Source: an uncultured Gammaproteobacteria bacterium
Lineage (GTDB): Bacteria; Patescibacteriota; Microgenomatia; CAYXHB01; CAZYTL01
Length of the DNA: 64,000 nt
Assembly: GCA_964650355.1 (NCBI GenBank)
Contig: CAZYTL010000003.1
Span: 1,750-65,749 of the forward strand
Direction: 5' to 3'
This document shows, piece by piece, positions 9,986 to 20,901 of this stretch. The notes under the pieces are model-generated. The model did not search any database. It saw nothing but the letters and a program-made list of their open reading frames with translations, and was not told the origin of the DNA. A program made the position numbers and the translations under genes. How positions within the stretch are numbered: position 1 is the first letter of the stretch; each line of letters begins with the position of its first letter.

Positions 9986-10585
9986 TTAGTTATACCTATT
10001 CATCGCCATCTCCATCCCCTCCGTCAGAGCCGCCTCTACCGCATCCCCGCATCTTTCCACCATCTCATCCACTACCTTCCGTTCTTTAGCAATAAACTTC
10101 TCCAACACCCAACTCGTCGTCGCATCATCATCTAACTGTGTCTTCATATCGTTGCCAGGCTTACCTATTCCCAATCTAAATCTGATAACTGACAACTGAT
10201 AACTGACAACTGTTAACTGTCTAATCACAGATTCGACACCATGGTGCCCAGCCGCCCCTCCCCCCACCTGAATCTTCAATCGCCCCAAATCCAGGTCCAC
10301 ATCATCGTGAATCAAATACACATTTTCTACTTTTCCCTCATGATTCTTTAACGCATATCTAACCGGAAAACCGGAATTATTCATAAAATCCATCGGTTTC
10401 AACAACTCAACTTCAATTCCATTAACAGAGACCTTCGCGAAATCAGCTTTCGCCTTTTTGCTGAACGACCACCCCCCTCCCCATCTTTCCGCCAAACCGC
10501 CCACTACCTCAAACCCCACATTGTGCCGCGTCCCTTTATACTTCTCCCCCGGGTTACCCAGACCTACGATTAATACCATATCCAA
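9986..10585 (-). CDS. pth: Peptidyl-tRNA hydrolase
   Basis: N-terminus MVLIVGLGNPGEKYKGTRHNVGF and RLGIGKPG are canonical Pth motifs. Carries an in-frame tandem repeat insertion. Confidence 0.9.
   Translation of the reverse strand: MDMVLIVGLGNPGEKYKGTRHNVGFEVVGGLAERWGGGWSFSKKAKADFAKVSVNGIEVELLKPMDFMNNSGFPVRYALKNHEGKVENVYLIHDDVDLDLGRLKIQVGGGAAGHHGVESVIRQLTVVSYQLSVIRFRLGIGKPGNDMKTQLDDDATTSWVLEKFIAKERKVVDEMVERCGDAVEAALTEGMEMAMNRYN
10183..10222. repeat. Tandem ctgataactgacaa x2.8 (heptamer family CTGNNAA) translated in-frame inside pth as QLTVVSYQLSVI
   Basis: Direct reading ctgataa ctgacaa ctgataa ctgacaa ctgttaa ctgtc. It replaces the loop preceding the conserved RLGIG motif. Confidence 0.75.
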
Positions 10586-10646
10586 ATTTTACTACAATAC
10601 CCAAGCATTCGCTTTCACTTATTCTCATTCGCATCCATTGGCTAAA

Positions 10647-11009
10647 TTATTTCATCTTCCCCACTTGCTTCTCCGCCCATCCCCCTACATACGGCAACAC
10701 CCATTTCTCTCCGTGATACGTTTTATAAATCAACATCAACCACAAAATAAACATCCCCACCCCGATCAGTGAACTCAACCTCGCCAAAATCACTGTACTC
10801 CCTAACACAATCTGTATCACCATCAAACCGCCGAACACCCCGATCGACTGTAAGGCATGGAATCGCACTTCTTTATCCTTCTCCATAAACAGAAAAATCA
10901 GCCCCGTTACCCAACCCAAACCATAACACAGAGCACTCGCCGTATTTTTCGGCAAGCCCATACTCACCGTCGCCACCTCAGATTTCTTCTCTTTCTCCTT
11001 CTCTGTCAT
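10647..11009 (-). CDS. Small membrane protein (two to three TM helices)
   Basis: 120 aa with hydrophobic stretches YGLGWVTGLIFLF and GVFGGLMVIQIVL. Confidence 0.5.
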   Translation of the reverse strand: MTEKEKEKKSEVATVSMGLPKNTASALCYGLGWVTGLIFLFMEKDKEVRFHALQSIGVFGGLMVIQIVLGSTVILARLSSLIGVGMFILWLMLIYKTYHGEKWVLPYVGGWAEKQVGKMK

Positions 11010-11070
11010 ATTGTATTAATTCCACTTTACCCTACCCCTAAACCTTCGTCAACTAGTATAATCATTAACA

Positions 11071-11994
11071 ATGACGCCTACATCTTCTATGCGAAACCCC
11101 AATCCCTTCTTCACCATCATCATCCCCACCCTCAACGAGGAAACCCATCTCCCTCTCCTCCTAGAGGATCTCACCCGCCAGACCTTTACCGACTTTCAAG
11201 TCACCGTCGTCGATGGCTTCTCCACCGACTGCACCATCAACAAAGCCAGACAATTTTCCCACCACCTCACTCTTACGATTAAACAAACCCCTTTCCGCAA
11301 TGTTTCCTTCCAAAGAAACTTCGGCGCCCAGCAATCTTCCAGCCCCTACCTGGTATTCTTTGATGCTGATACCCGTCTCCCTCTAAATTATTTAGCCCAA
11401 GTTCACCAATATCTAACCACCAATCCCGTTGACGTTCTCTCTACCTGGATCATTCCCTCCGAAGACCAACTCAAAACTCAACTCATTGCTAACACCATCA
11501 ACTACATCTTAGAAATTTACAAATACTTTACTCCCTTGGCCTGGGGCAGCCATTTAATTATCAACCGCATCGCATTTATGAACAGCGCTGGTTTTAACCC
11601 TCAAATCACCTTCGGAGAAGACGCTGCTCTAACCCAAAAAATTATCCAACAAGGTGGTACCTACGCCCTCCTCAAATCCCCGCGCGCCATCTTCTCCTTT
11701 CGCAGATTCAATCGTGGAGGCCACGCGCTCACCTCAGTCCAACTCATTATCCTTTACTTACACTACCTCATCAATGACCCCACAAAACCCCCTCCTTTTA
11801 CTTATCCCATGGGTGGCACTTCAGAAAAATCTCATCTCCAACTTCGCCATCTTAAAAAAATCCAAAAGCAGCTGACCACTCTCAACCAACTTTCTAAAAC
11901 CAGACTCAAATCTCATCCCGAAATCCAGTCATTGATTAATGAACTACACCAACAGTGGCTTAAAATAAAAAACTACTCAAACCTTATCCAATAA
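11071..11994 (+). CDS. Glycosyltransferase family 2
   Basis: FFTIIIPTLNEE...VTVVDGFSTD is a GT2 signature with a DxD-like region. Confidence 0.8.
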   Translation: MTPTSSMRNPNPFFTIIIPTLNEETHLPLLLEDLTRQTFTDFQVTVVDGFSTDCTINKARQFSHHLTLTIKQTPFRNVSFQRNFGAQQSSSPYLVFFDADTRLPLNYLAQVHQYLTTNPVDVLSTWIIPSEDQLKTQLIANTINYILEIYKYFTPLAWGSHLIINRIAFMNSAGFNPQITFGEDAALTQKIIQQGGTYALLKSPRAIFSFRRFNRGGHALTSVQLIILYLHYLINDPTKPPPFTYPMGGTSEKSHLQLRHLKKIQKQLTTLNQLSKTRLKSHPEIQSLINELHQQWLKIKNYSNLIQ

Positions 11995-12138
11995 CCCAAC
12001 AATTATCCTTCCACCACCATTCCTCATCCCCCACTTCAGCCTTTGTTATCCCGGTCAGGGTAATCACAGCCACTCTCGCCATATCACAGATTTCACACTA
12101 TAATAAGTCATGACCACGGGTTAACCTTACCTTCATTA

Positions 12139-12152
12139 GTTAAAATTTTAAC
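12139..12152. promoter_or_regulatory. Perfect 14-nt palindrome GTTAAAATTTTAAC 9 nt upstream of the GT28 start, with a TATAAT hexamer at 12099-12104
   Basis: Read directly. Candidate operator and -10 element. Confidence 0.3.
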
Positions 12153-12160
12153 CCCCATCC

Positions 12161-13423
12161 ATGACTAATCATCCCGACAATAAACTCCGCAAAGTACTCA
12201 TCTTGGAAGTTCTCTCCGGCGGAGGTCATCTAAGTATCAGCCAAGCTATCGTTCAGTCTCTCGACCAATATCCGAATATAGAACCTATCCGAGCCAACAT
12301 CGGTCCTGAAATCTTCGACAAACTCTATGCCCTCAGCAGCCGTCAGTTTATCCATCTTTGGTCACTCTTTTACAAATCTATCGACAGTAAACGCCGCGCC
12401 AACTTCGCCGCTAAAGTAAATTTAACCCTCCAACGACAACGTCTCACTAACCTCATTCAAAAACACCAACCTCACCTTATCCTTAGTAACACCCACCAAG
12501 CAGTTAAAGAGGTTGCCTCCGTCTTAAATGAACTCCACCTTAAAACCCCTTTTTTAGTTTTCGTCCCCGATCCATTTACTCCTCCCGCTGTTTGTTTTAC
12601 AGACAAGGCCACTCTTACTCTCGTCCCTACCTTGACGACTTACCAAAAAGCCCTAACCAATGACATCCCACCGCAACGACTCATCCTCACCGGGCACCCT
12701 GTTCGCCAAGAGTTCTTCCATCCTCCCACAAACATCGACAAACACCGTCGCCAACTCGGACTTAAACCTAAACTTACTTGCATCCTTTTCGGCGGCTCAG
12801 GATTCGGCGCAGAAAAGATGATTGAAATCCTCTTCCATCTTGGTGCTAAACCCAACAAAAAATTACTCAAATATATAATCCACGAGGCAGAAAACCATCT
12901 AAATAAAGACCTAAAAACCATTGCCCACGAATTGTTTCTTAATAATGGCACATCTGAACCAGCCTCATCTCCTTCCCCTCACCCAACCACCCCCTTCCAA
13001 GCTATCTTTATCACCGGTACTAACAAACGACTTAAAAGTCAACTCGAACAACTAACCTTTCCTCAACATATCACCCCCCATATCTATGGTCTTGTAAAAA
13101 ACATGTCTGATTTCGTTCATGCTTCAGACCTAATCGTGGGAAAAGCCGGGCCGAACATTATCTTCGAGTCAGTCGCCGCCAGTAAACCCTTCCTTGCCAC
13201 TTACCATATCAAAGGGCAAGAAGATGGCAACATTGATTTTATCAGAAGTACCCAGGTCGGATTTGTCGAAGAGCACCCATCCGCAGCTGCCCAACTAATC
13301 CAAATCATCTTAGAAAACCCTCAAATATTGAAATCCACTCATCCTCACATTAAACACGTCCGTAAACAACTTCAACCTGCCGCTCAAAACATTGCGCAAC
13401 AAATCATCAAACACTTACCTTAA
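12161..13423 (+). CDS. Glycosyltransferase, GT28 / MGDG-synthase (MurG-like) family
   Basis: N-terminal ILEVLSGGGHLSISQAI G-loop and C-terminal DLIVGKAGPNIIFESVAASKPFL. Confidence 0.65.
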   Translation: MTNHPDNKLRKVLILEVLSGGGHLSISQAIVQSLDQYPNIEPIRANIGPEIFDKLYALSSRQFIHLWSLFYKSIDSKRRANFAAKVNLTLQRQRLTNLIQKHQPHLILSNTHQAVKEVASVLNELHLKTPFLVFVPDPFTPPAVCFTDKATLTLVPTLTTYQKALTNDIPPQRLILTGHPVRQEFFHPPTNIDKHRRQLGLKPKLTCILFGGSGFGAEKMIEILFHLGAKPNKKLLKYIIHEAENHLNKDLKTIAHELFLNNGTSEPASSPSPHPTTPFQAIFITGTNKRLKSQLEQLTFPQHITPHIYGLVKNMSDFVHASDLIVGKAGPNIIFESVAASKPFLATYHIKGQEDGNIDFIRSTQVGFVEEHPSAAAQLIQIILENPQILKSTHPHIKHVRKQLQPAAQNIAQQIIKHLP

Positions 13424-13441
13424 ATCCTACCCCAACGTCAT

Positions 13442-13885
13442 ATGCAGAGTGTCTATATATTCATATATATCCTAATCATCGCCATTTCCTATGCCCTTTT
13501 AGAAATCCAAATCGAAGGCAGACATGGCTGGGCTTCAAAACTTCCCACTTGGAAAATCACCCAAGGACCTCTTGTGAAACTCGCCGGTCGCCCCATCACC
13601 GGCTTCCATCTTTACACGTACACTACCCAACTCTTATTCTTTCACTTTCCCTTTCTATTCATCACCTGGTCTATTCGAACCGAATTCCTTATCCTCGGCA
13701 TGTTCTTCCTTTTCATTAACCTAGAAGATTTCCTCTGGTTCCTCCTTAATCCTCATTATGGACTTAAAAAGTTCACTTCACAGCACATCTCCTGGCATTC
13801 ATCCTGGTTTCTTGGCCTGCCCACCGGATATTGGGTTGGAACAATCGTCTCTCTCCTCCTCTTCTACCTCCGTTACCAAACCTAA
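13442..13885 (+). CDS. Hypothetical membrane protein
   Basis: 147 aa, multi-TM. Confidence 0.45.
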   Translation: MQSVYIFIYILIIAISYALLEIQIEGRHGWASKLPTWKITQGPLVKLAGRPITGFHLYTYTTQLLFFHFPFLFITWSIRTEFLILGMFFLFINLEDFLWFLLNPHYGLKKFTSQHISWHSSWFLGLPTGYWVGTIVSLLLFYLRYQT

Positions 13886-13905
13886 ACGCCGGACAAAACC
13901 GCCTC

Positions 13906-14517
13906 TCATTTCTCCAACAACACCATCCAGTGATATCTTTTGTCTCCCCGATACCCAAAATAGATATTCTCCACCTCATCCACCACCTTTAAATTCAGAT
14001 CTTTAAAGTATCTGTGCCAATCTTCTTCTGACTGAAAATTAAACGGGCAACCTACTCCGAACGGCATATTTGCCCAAAAATCAGCTAAGGATAACAAAAA
14101 CTTTCCTACTCTGTCATTTGCCATATGATCCTTAATCAACACATACTTCCTAGTCACTCGCCTCATCTCTTTTAACAAAGGCGCAATATCTCCCTTAATA
14201 TGATGCAACACATCCACCACCATCACCACATCAAAGCTGTCATCTTCATAAGGCAAATTCACACCGTCGTATAACTTCCGTGGAATTTTAGCCTCTCTGT
14301 GCTCTTGAACATCTACTCCCTTTATCACCAAATCAGGTCTCTTCCCCATCAACATCACCGCTAAGTTGCCGTCATCACACCCTACATCCAAAACTCGAGC
14401 ATTCTTGGGCATCAACTTTAACAACTCTTTAACTACTAATCTCTTATACTGGGGAAACACCAACTCAACATAAACCGTCCTTAATGGCCAACCCCAAATT
14501 TTCGTCCACCAATTCAT
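13906..14517 (-). CDS. Class I SAM-dependent methyltransferase
   Basis: Motif I VLDVGCDDGNLAV. Confidence 0.75.
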   Translation of the reverse strand: MNWWTKIWGWPLRTVYVELVFPQYKRLVVKELLKLMPKNARVLDVGCDDGNLAVMLMGKRPDLVIKGVDVQEHREAKIPRKLYDGVNLPYEDDSFDVVMVVDVLHHIKGDIAPLLKEMRRVTRKYVLIKDHMANDRVGKFLLSLADFWANMPFGVGCPFNFQSEEDWHRYFKDLNLKVVDEVENIYFGYRGDKRYHWMVLLEK

Positions 14518-14661
14518 ATCTTCTATTTACTCTAACATCAGAATTATAACACCCATTACTCAATTAACCATCTACTCCAGCTCTTTTCCAATCCCAGAAT
14601 TCTCAGAATCGATTAGCATTTTGAATTCAAAAACTAAAGATTCCAACTTGACATTCAGCCT

Positions 14662-16164
14662 CTAACTAGCGGGAACAGCATCAGCCGTCTTTTCATCTTT
14701 CTCCTCAAGCAATTGCTCCCTCATCTCAGCCATTAACTTCCTCCAGAACTCCTGCTTTGCCATCACTGACGAGTGAATTAAACCGTCATACGGCATAAAA
14801 GCTACTCCTTTAGCCTGCGGAAACATTGCCGTTAACATCTCCACCACTCTCTCCTCCATTTCAGTCGGTCCATTTTGTTCGCCTGCCTCTAACCTTTCCA
14901 GATCTTCCCTCCTCGCTTGCCTTAACGACTCAATAGTCGGATAATGGCTAATTAATCTTCTTTGTACTGCATTTACTGGCCTAGCGTCAATCACAGGCGC
15001 AAATACCACCTTACTCTTAACCTGCTGCCTAGCACATCTGGTCGAGTCCGTACGTGCAGCCTCTACATTTGTTGCTACAGCTTTCATCCCTCCAAAAAAC
15101 TGTGGGATTATTCTGGGAGAAAGTCCATACACTTCAGCCAACTTTCTATTAAGCCTACCCTGTGATGAATAAATAAACTCTCTTGCAATTTGCAACAATC
15201 CTCCCGCCGGACCTTCAGGCGTTACCCATGCCCCACCCATCTCTCTATTCGCCTGTCGCAATGTATGAACAACTCCTTTTATTACTCCCACCAATCCTCT
15301 TACCGAACCTTCCGGAGTTATCCCCTCTTTATTCGCCTGCTTCCACGGCTGTAACCACCCCTCACCTTTATATTTCTCCACAGCATCCAAAAGTGTTCCC
15401 CACGTAAAATCACGCCCTAATGTCGGATGCTCTGCCAAGCCACCCGATTCGCATAAGGCCAAAACCTCACATCTCTCACCTAACAAACTGGCTAACTCTA
15501 TCGCCTGAGCTCCTCCTAATGAAAATCCTATCAACCCTACCTTTTCTGTCACCTGTAAATTGTTCCCTTCCTTCTTATCCTGTTCTAGTGCCCTCATCAA
15601 AATCTTGGCTGATTCCGACAACGTTGGTTGAGCAGAAGCTTCTCCTTCTCCCTTTGATCTTGGTATTCCACCAATATGCGGTAAAGCCACCATTCTCAAC
15701 CTATAAGGAAAATCCGGTAACTCTTTAACCGCATCTACGATTCTACCGAACAAGCAAACATTCCCTCTCGCCTCCGAACCTCCTCCTCCCAAAATCAACA
15801 AAGTCAAATAAGGATCCTTCTCATGGTCCTTACTTACGGGCATCTCATATCTCAACGCCGTTATCCCATACATATGAGTCTTGCCTGCTTCATCACCCTC
15901 ACCAGTTCTCTCCATAAAAACCGGCAGTGTCACTTCCTCCACATCCAAAAATTGGTCATCTTCAGATCGTTCATTATCCCCATATCCAATCTTATTCAGT
16001 GGGCCACAGGAAAGCCTCCTCGTCATCTTCTCTCCTACAACATTATGGGTTGCAAGAAAATCGCCTTTTCTCGCAGGAGGTACTCCACTCCAATAATCGG
16101 ACAATCTTGCTTTCGGATCTCCGTCTGCCCGTCCTGCAACCAATCTCTCAACATCTCTTAACAT
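14662..16164 (-). CDS. Large alpha/beta-hydrolase-fold protein
   Basis: GxSxG nucleophile elbow VGLIGFSLGGAQA, 500 aa. Confidence 0.5.
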   Translation of the reverse strand: MLRDVERLVAGRADGDPKARLSDYWSGVPPARKGDFLATHNVVGEKMTRRLSCGPLNKIGYGDNERSEDDQFLDVEEVTLPVFMERTGEGDEAGKTHMYGITALRYEMPVSKDHEKDPYLTLLILGGGGSEARGNVCLFGRIVDAVKELPDFPYRLRMVALPHIGGIPRSKGEGEASAQPTLSESAKILMRALEQDKKEGNNLQVTEKVGLIGFSLGGAQAIELASLLGERCEVLALCESGGLAEHPTLGRDFTWGTLLDAVEKYKGEGWLQPWKQANKEGITPEGSVRGLVGVIKGVVHTLRQANREMGGAWVTPEGPAGGLLQIAREFIYSSQGRLNRKLAEVYGLSPRIIPQFFGGMKAVATNVEAARTDSTRCARQQVKSKVVFAPVIDARPVNAVQRRLISHYPTIESLRQARREDLERLEAGEQNGPTEMEERVVEMLTAMFPQAKGVAFMPYDGLIHSSVMAKQEFWRKLMAEMREQLLEEKDEKTADAVPAS

Positions 16165-16339
16165 AATATCCTATATTATAATACAATAACCCTCCCAATC
16201 CAAGCCCTTATTAAAATTTCACTTTCAACTCTGCAAACAATTCAACAATACTCATATATTTGATAGTTCGCCGCCATCCTAAAACACACTCAAATCTGTT
16301 TTTACTCCGTCTGATACCAACTACTAATATCAACCCTTT

Positions 16340-17098
16340 CTACCCCACCCATTCCTCTATCAATCCCCCGCACCTCTCGACCTCAAACATCACCTGGTCG
16401 TGGTCCCCGTCAAACACCACTAACTTCGAACCTTTAATCAGTTTGTTAAATCTCATTGCATATTCTATCGGAAACAATTCATCCTTGCTTCCCCACAAGA
16501 TCAAAGTCGGCACCTTCACCTCTCTGATCACCCTGGTGTAATCTTCATAAACACATTTCTCAACCATCTCTCTTAACTGCGGCAATCTCCGATTCAGCTT
16601 CACCATATTCCCTAAAAATGACTTAATTATTAACCAAACAAACATTTTATTCTTCCTTACCCGTAACTGCCTCCCCGTCTTCTTCAATCCCCACACGGCT
16701 AATTCCCACTCGGACAATTTCGGTGGTATCCCTACCGCGTCACCCAATACCAGCCTAGCCACCAACCTCGACCGTACTGCCAAATTCACCGCCACTCCCC
16801 CTCCCAACGAGTGTCCCACCACTACCACCCTGTTTATCCTTAAACTCTTCAAAAACCCCTCCAAAAATTCAGCATAATCTCCCAAACCCCATACCTCATC
16901 TGGCAAATCCGACTTCCCGAACCCCGGCAAATCCGGAGCCATCACCTTAAACTTCGCTCCCAACATTTCCAAGTGCTTCCTGTAAACCATCGCCCCCACC
17001 CCGCCTCCGTGCAGCCACAAAATCACCTTTCCGTCTTTCTTCCCCCCTGTCCAATAATGCATCTTTATCCCCCTTGCTTCATAAACCTTCTCATTCAT
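16340..17098 (-). CDS. Alpha/beta hydrolase
   Basis: VVVVGHSLGGGVA nucleophile elbow and HGGGVGAM oxyanion region. Confidence 0.75.
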   Translation of the reverse strand: MNEKVYEARGIKMHYWTGGKKDGKVILWLHGGGVGAMVYRKHLEMLGAKFKVMAPDLPGFGKSDLPDEVWGLGDYAEFLEGFLKSLRINRVVVVGHSLGGGVAVNLAVRSRLVARLVLGDAVGIPPKLSEWELAVWGLKKTGRQLRVRKNKMFVWLIIKSFLGNMVKLNRRLPQLREMVEKCVYEDYTRVIREVKVPTLILWGSKDELFPIEYAMRFNKLIKGSKLVVFDGDHDQVMFEVERCGGLIEEWVG

Positions 17099-18167
17099 AC
17101 ACCTTCATTATTTTATATCTAATCTGCCGACTATTAATCACTAAATACCCCGTCTTATCCTTCCCTGGCACCTTTTTATCAATCGCCCCCAAACCTGGTA
17201 AACCGATAAACTTCACCTCCTCGGCATCATGCCTCAACCGATTGATCTCCTCCATCCCTACTTCTTTCAACCTGCATGATTCCTTACTCACCACGTATTG
17301 CTTGCATAAATGATTATGCCCGGTAATTACCGTCACATTCCTATCACACTCTAAGACCGCCCTCATAAACTCAGCGTTACCATTCACCAACACTCCTTCC
17401 ACTAAACCTTCTTTCCAAAGCATCAAATCATAATGTTCAAGATCAACTTCCACCTCGTGATTCAACCTCCCCACCTTAAAAAACGGTGGAGCATGAACAA
17501 ATATCAACACTTCCTTTGCCTTGCCGTTTCTCAACTCATTCGCCAAAAACTTAATCTGCTCCTTCCTCAATCCGTCAGAATTGGCCAAATGCCTCAACAT
17601 AAAAGGTATCTTGCCTAACCTAAAATAGTTTTCGAGCTTCACAAACGCATCGCATCCGCTATCCAGAAAAACCAACTTCGTGCCGTCCAAATTTACAGCA
17701 TAGCAGCGTTCAAAAGGATACCTCTGCAACGTATTAAACCTCTTCAAATTTACCGTCATCGAACCCAACTCTCCCCATCCTCTAAACTTATTAAACCCAA
17801 TCTGCTTCCTATACTGTCTATATAACGCTCTATCTACATTGATATCTTTAAGCACGTAAATTGCATAGTTATACGGCATCAATCTATAATCATGATTTCC
17901 CAAATTCAGGTACCATTTACCCTTACACTTGTCCAAAATCTTAAACAACAGATCCCAATTACTCCCCTCCACGGACTCGTAACCCACAGAATAATTAATT
18001 ACCAAATCCCCGTTCAAAATCAGTGTCTGACCGCGCTTTATTTTCTCCACCAATGCCCTCAAATTCCTTGTCGGGTTTATCACCTCATATTTAGTAGGAA
18101 TAATCTTACTAATTTCCTCAAATGACCTTGACAAATGCAAGTCCGCCGCCACCACTAAATCCGCCAT
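17091..18167 (-). CDS. Calcineurin-like metallophosphoesterase
   Basis: VVAADLHLS, NGDLV, LGNHDY and ITGHNHL motifs. Confidence 0.75.
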   Translation of the reverse strand: MADLVVAADLHLSRSFEEISKIIPTKYEVINPTRNLRALVEKIKRGQTLILNGDLVINYSVGYESVEGSNWDLLFKILDKCKGKWYLNLGNHDYRLMPYNYAIYVLKDINVDRALYRQYRKQIGFNKFRGWGELGSMTVNLKRFNTLQRYPFERCYAVNLDGTKLVFLDSGCDAFVKLENYFRLGKIPFMLRHLANSDGLRKEQIKFLANELRNGKAKEVLIFVHAPPFFKVGRLNHEVEVDLEHYDLMLWKEGLVEGVLVNGNAEFMRAVLECDRNVTVITGHNHLCKQYVVSKESCRLKEVGMEEINRLRHDAEEVKFIGLPGLGAIDKKVPGKDKTGYLVINSRQIRYKIMKVYE

Positions 18168-18224
18168 ATATCCAACGTATCACAAACCACCATAATTCAC
18201 CATCAAGCCGTCAACCCATTCTCT

Positions 18225-20891
18225 TCACTGTAACTTTTTACCATCTAATTTTTTATATGCCAATTTCACCGCCTCAATCACTCCTACCACCCCCAAACTT
18301 AAAGCCCCCACCATCAGCCACTCCTGCCAAAAAATCACCTCCAAACCCAGCAACATCCTCAGCCAAGGCACATAAATCGGCACCACCGTCAATCCCAATC
18401 CTACCAATACCGCTCCCACCAGCCACCGATTTTCTCCTAACGACTCCTCCCAAATATTCTTAGTCAGACTCCTACAGGAAAACACATACAATAACGAATC
18501 TAGCCCCAACGCCGCAAATACAATCGTTCTTCCGAACTCCTGCCCAAACCTGGGCGCAAACCAGCCGAAAATCGCCAAGCTTGCCAGACCAGTTACTAAC
18601 GAAATCACTCCGATTAGTACCGCAATCTCACTGTCAATCAACGGCAGTTTAGGCGAAATCGGCTTTCTCTTGAGTACATTTTTATCTCGAGGATCAATCG
18701 TTAACGCCAAATTAGGCAACCCATCATCAATCAGATTAATCCACAAAATCTGCGCCGCGCTGATTGCTAACGGCCAGCCCATTACCAGACTGCCAATCAC
18801 CAAAATCAATTCTGAGAAAGTATCAGATAACAAATATAAAATAATCTTGCGCAAGTTATCAAAAATTCCTCTTCCCTCAGCTATCGCCCCCACAATCGTT
18901 CTAAAATTATTATCCAGCAACACCATATCCGCCGCCTCCCTCGCCACCTCCGTCGCTTCCCCCACCACAATCCCGATATCAGCCGCAGTAATTGCCGGCG
19001 CGTCATTAACCCCATCACCCATCATCCCTACCACTTCACCCTTGGCTTTCAAAGCCTTTACAATCCTTAACTTCTGCTGCGGTCTGGTCCTGGCAAAAAG
19101 TTTCACATCTTTAATTCTTCTTTGCAGCACCTCTTCCTTTAATTTCTCCAGCTCAAATCCTTCCATCACCGAACCATCCGGCAAATCGATTCCCAACTCC
19201 TTCATCACCGCCTCTGCGGTCGGTCGATAATCACCCGTGATCACCTTCACCTCCACCCCTGCTTCTTGAGCTTGTCTCAACGCCGTCTTTACCCCTTCCC
19301 GAATCGGATCAGCGTAAGCCATCAATCCCAGCCATCGCAACCTCACTTTCGCAAATTTGTGATCCCGTAAATCTGCAAACATTTCCTTCGTCTCCTTTAT
19401 ACTCCGCGCTTTAAAATAAGCTAATCCGATCATCCGCCTTCCCTTATTCCCCAATTCTTCTATCCTCTCTCGACTCTTGACTCTTGACTCTTGCTTCTCT
19501 TGACTCCAGCCAAGCACCACTTCCGGTGCCCCCATCACAAACACTTCCCTCTTATGCCTGGTTGCCAGAAATCTTGCATCAGTCGAAAACGGAATACTCT
19601 CATCCCTCGGAAATTCATCCACCCATACCTGGGGGTCAACTGCCCCCTTCACTTTCTTGCGTGCCCGCTCGCGCAACCAACTCCACCTCGCTAATTCAGT
19701 CCCGTCTCGTAAATCATTCGCCAACGCCCCTGCCCGCATCCCCAACACCTCATCCGTGAAGTCTACTTCCATCACCTTCAAATCCCCTTCCGTCAGCGTT
19801 CCTGTCTTATCCACGCACACCACTGTCACCGTTCCCAAAGTCTCTGCCGCCACCAACTTCCGTACCAAGGCTTTGTGCTTCAAAATCCTCTGCATCCCGA
19901 TTGCCAAAATCGCCGTCAATGCCACCACCAGTCCCTCGGGAATGGCCGCTACTGCCAGAGCTACTGACAACTCAAACATCTCCACCGGATCTCGCCCCGA
20001 TGCCAGCCCATACCCGAACACCCCGATCGCTGCCACCATTACTCCGATCGTCAACCACCTGGCCAGCTGCGACAGTCTTTTCTCCAACGGCGTCTCACCT
20101 TCCTGTTCTTCCTCCAAACTCTTGGCAATCTTCCCCACCTCAGTGTGCATCCCAATCTTAGACACCACCATTACCCCGGATCCGCTGGCCACTACCGTGC
20201 CCATAAAAGCCTCTGCTTCAGTCTCTAAGTTTCCAGGTTTCCAATCTCCCCAGTTAAATTCTGCTTCTTTGAAACCTTTTAATTTAGAAAGCTCGAAACC
20301 TATTTTCCTTACTGGCACACTCTCTCCGGTCAAAATCGCCTCATTAATCAACAGGTCAGTCGCTTCCGCCACCACCCCGTCCGCCGGCACCTTGTCACCC
20401 TCGTACAGCAATACCACATCCCCAGGTACTAACTCTCTCGCATCCATCTCCTGCTGCTCTCCGTCTCTCCTCACCATTGCTCGAGGTGTCAACACCTTCT
20501 GCAACGCCTCCAATCCCCGTTGGGCATTTCTTTCCTGGATAAACCCCAATACTGTATTCACCACCACGGCCAAACCAATCACTGCTGAATCTGTAAACTC
20601 CTGTAGCCATACCGTTACTAACCCTGCAACCACCAACACCAACACCAGCGGATTCTTAAACTGCCGCACTAAGAAATCCCAGTCAGTTGGCGGTCGTTTT
20701 CCCTCCAACTCATTCCGTCCGGATTCCGCCCTTCGCTTCACCACCGCTTCTCGACTCAACCCCCGCTCCAAATAATCTTCAATCTTATCTAGCCCTCCAT
20801 TTTTGCCGTTTGAGCTTTGAGCTTTGAGATTCTCATTCATATCCCCATCATACCGGAAATCCCTCACAAATCTACCCGTATTCATTCCCAA
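18225..20891 (-). CDS. P-type cation-transporting ATPase
   Basis: CVDKTGTLTEG phosphorylation site and MMGDGVNDAPA hinge. About 10 TM segments, 888 aa. Contains in-frame heptamer repeats (gactctt x3 at 19472-19492, tgagctt x3 at 20811-20831). Confidence 0.9.
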   Translation of the reverse strand: MGMNTGRFVRDFRYDGDMNENLKAQSSNGKNGGLDKIEDYLERGLSREAVVKRRAESGRNELEGKRPPTDWDFLVRQFKNPLVLVLVVAGLVTVWLQEFTDSAVIGLAVVVNTVLGFIQERNAQRGLEALQKVLTPRAMVRRDGEQQEMDARELVPGDVVLLYEGDKVPADGVVAEATDLLINEAILTGESVPVRKIGFELSKLKGFKEAEFNWGDWKPGNLETEAEAFMGTVVASGSGVMVVSKIGMHTEVGKIAKSLEEEQEGETPLEKRLSQLARWLTIGVMVAAIGVFGYGLASGRDPVEMFELSVALAVAAIPEGLVVALTAILAIGMQRILKHKALVRKLVAAETLGTVTVVCVDKTGTLTEGDLKVMEVDFTDEVLGMRAGALANDLRDGTELARWSWLRERARKKVKGAVDPQVWVDEFPRDESIPFSTDARFLATRHKREVFVMGAPEVVLGWSQEKQESRVKSRERIEELGNKGRRMIGLAYFKARSIKETKEMFADLRDHKFAKVRLRWLGLMAYADPIREGVKTALRQAQEAGVEVKVITGDYRPTAEAVMKELGIDLPDGSVMEGFELEKLKEEVLQRRIKDVKLFARTRPQQKLRIVKALKAKGEVVGMMGDGVNDAPAITAADIGIVVGEATEVAREAADMVLLDNNFRTIVGAIAEGRGIFDNLRKIILYLLSDTFSELILVIGSLVMGWPLAISAAQILWINLIDDGLPNLALTIDPRDKNVLKRKPISPKLPLIDSEIAVLIGVISLVTGLASLAIFGWFAPRFGQEFGRTIVFAALGLDSLLYVFSCRSLTKNIWEESLGENRWLVGAVLVGLGLTVVPIYVPWLRMLLGLEVIFWQEWLMVGALSLGVVGVIEAVKLAYKKLDGKKLQ

Positions 20892-20901
20892 TAACTAATC
20901 C

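Noticed and set aside
19657-20775. 372-aa + strand ORF inside the P-type ATPase gene
   Set aside because: Antisense artefact of the strong C>G strand bias. The product is S/T/P/N low-complexity, and the minus-strand gene has unambiguous P-type ATPase motifs.
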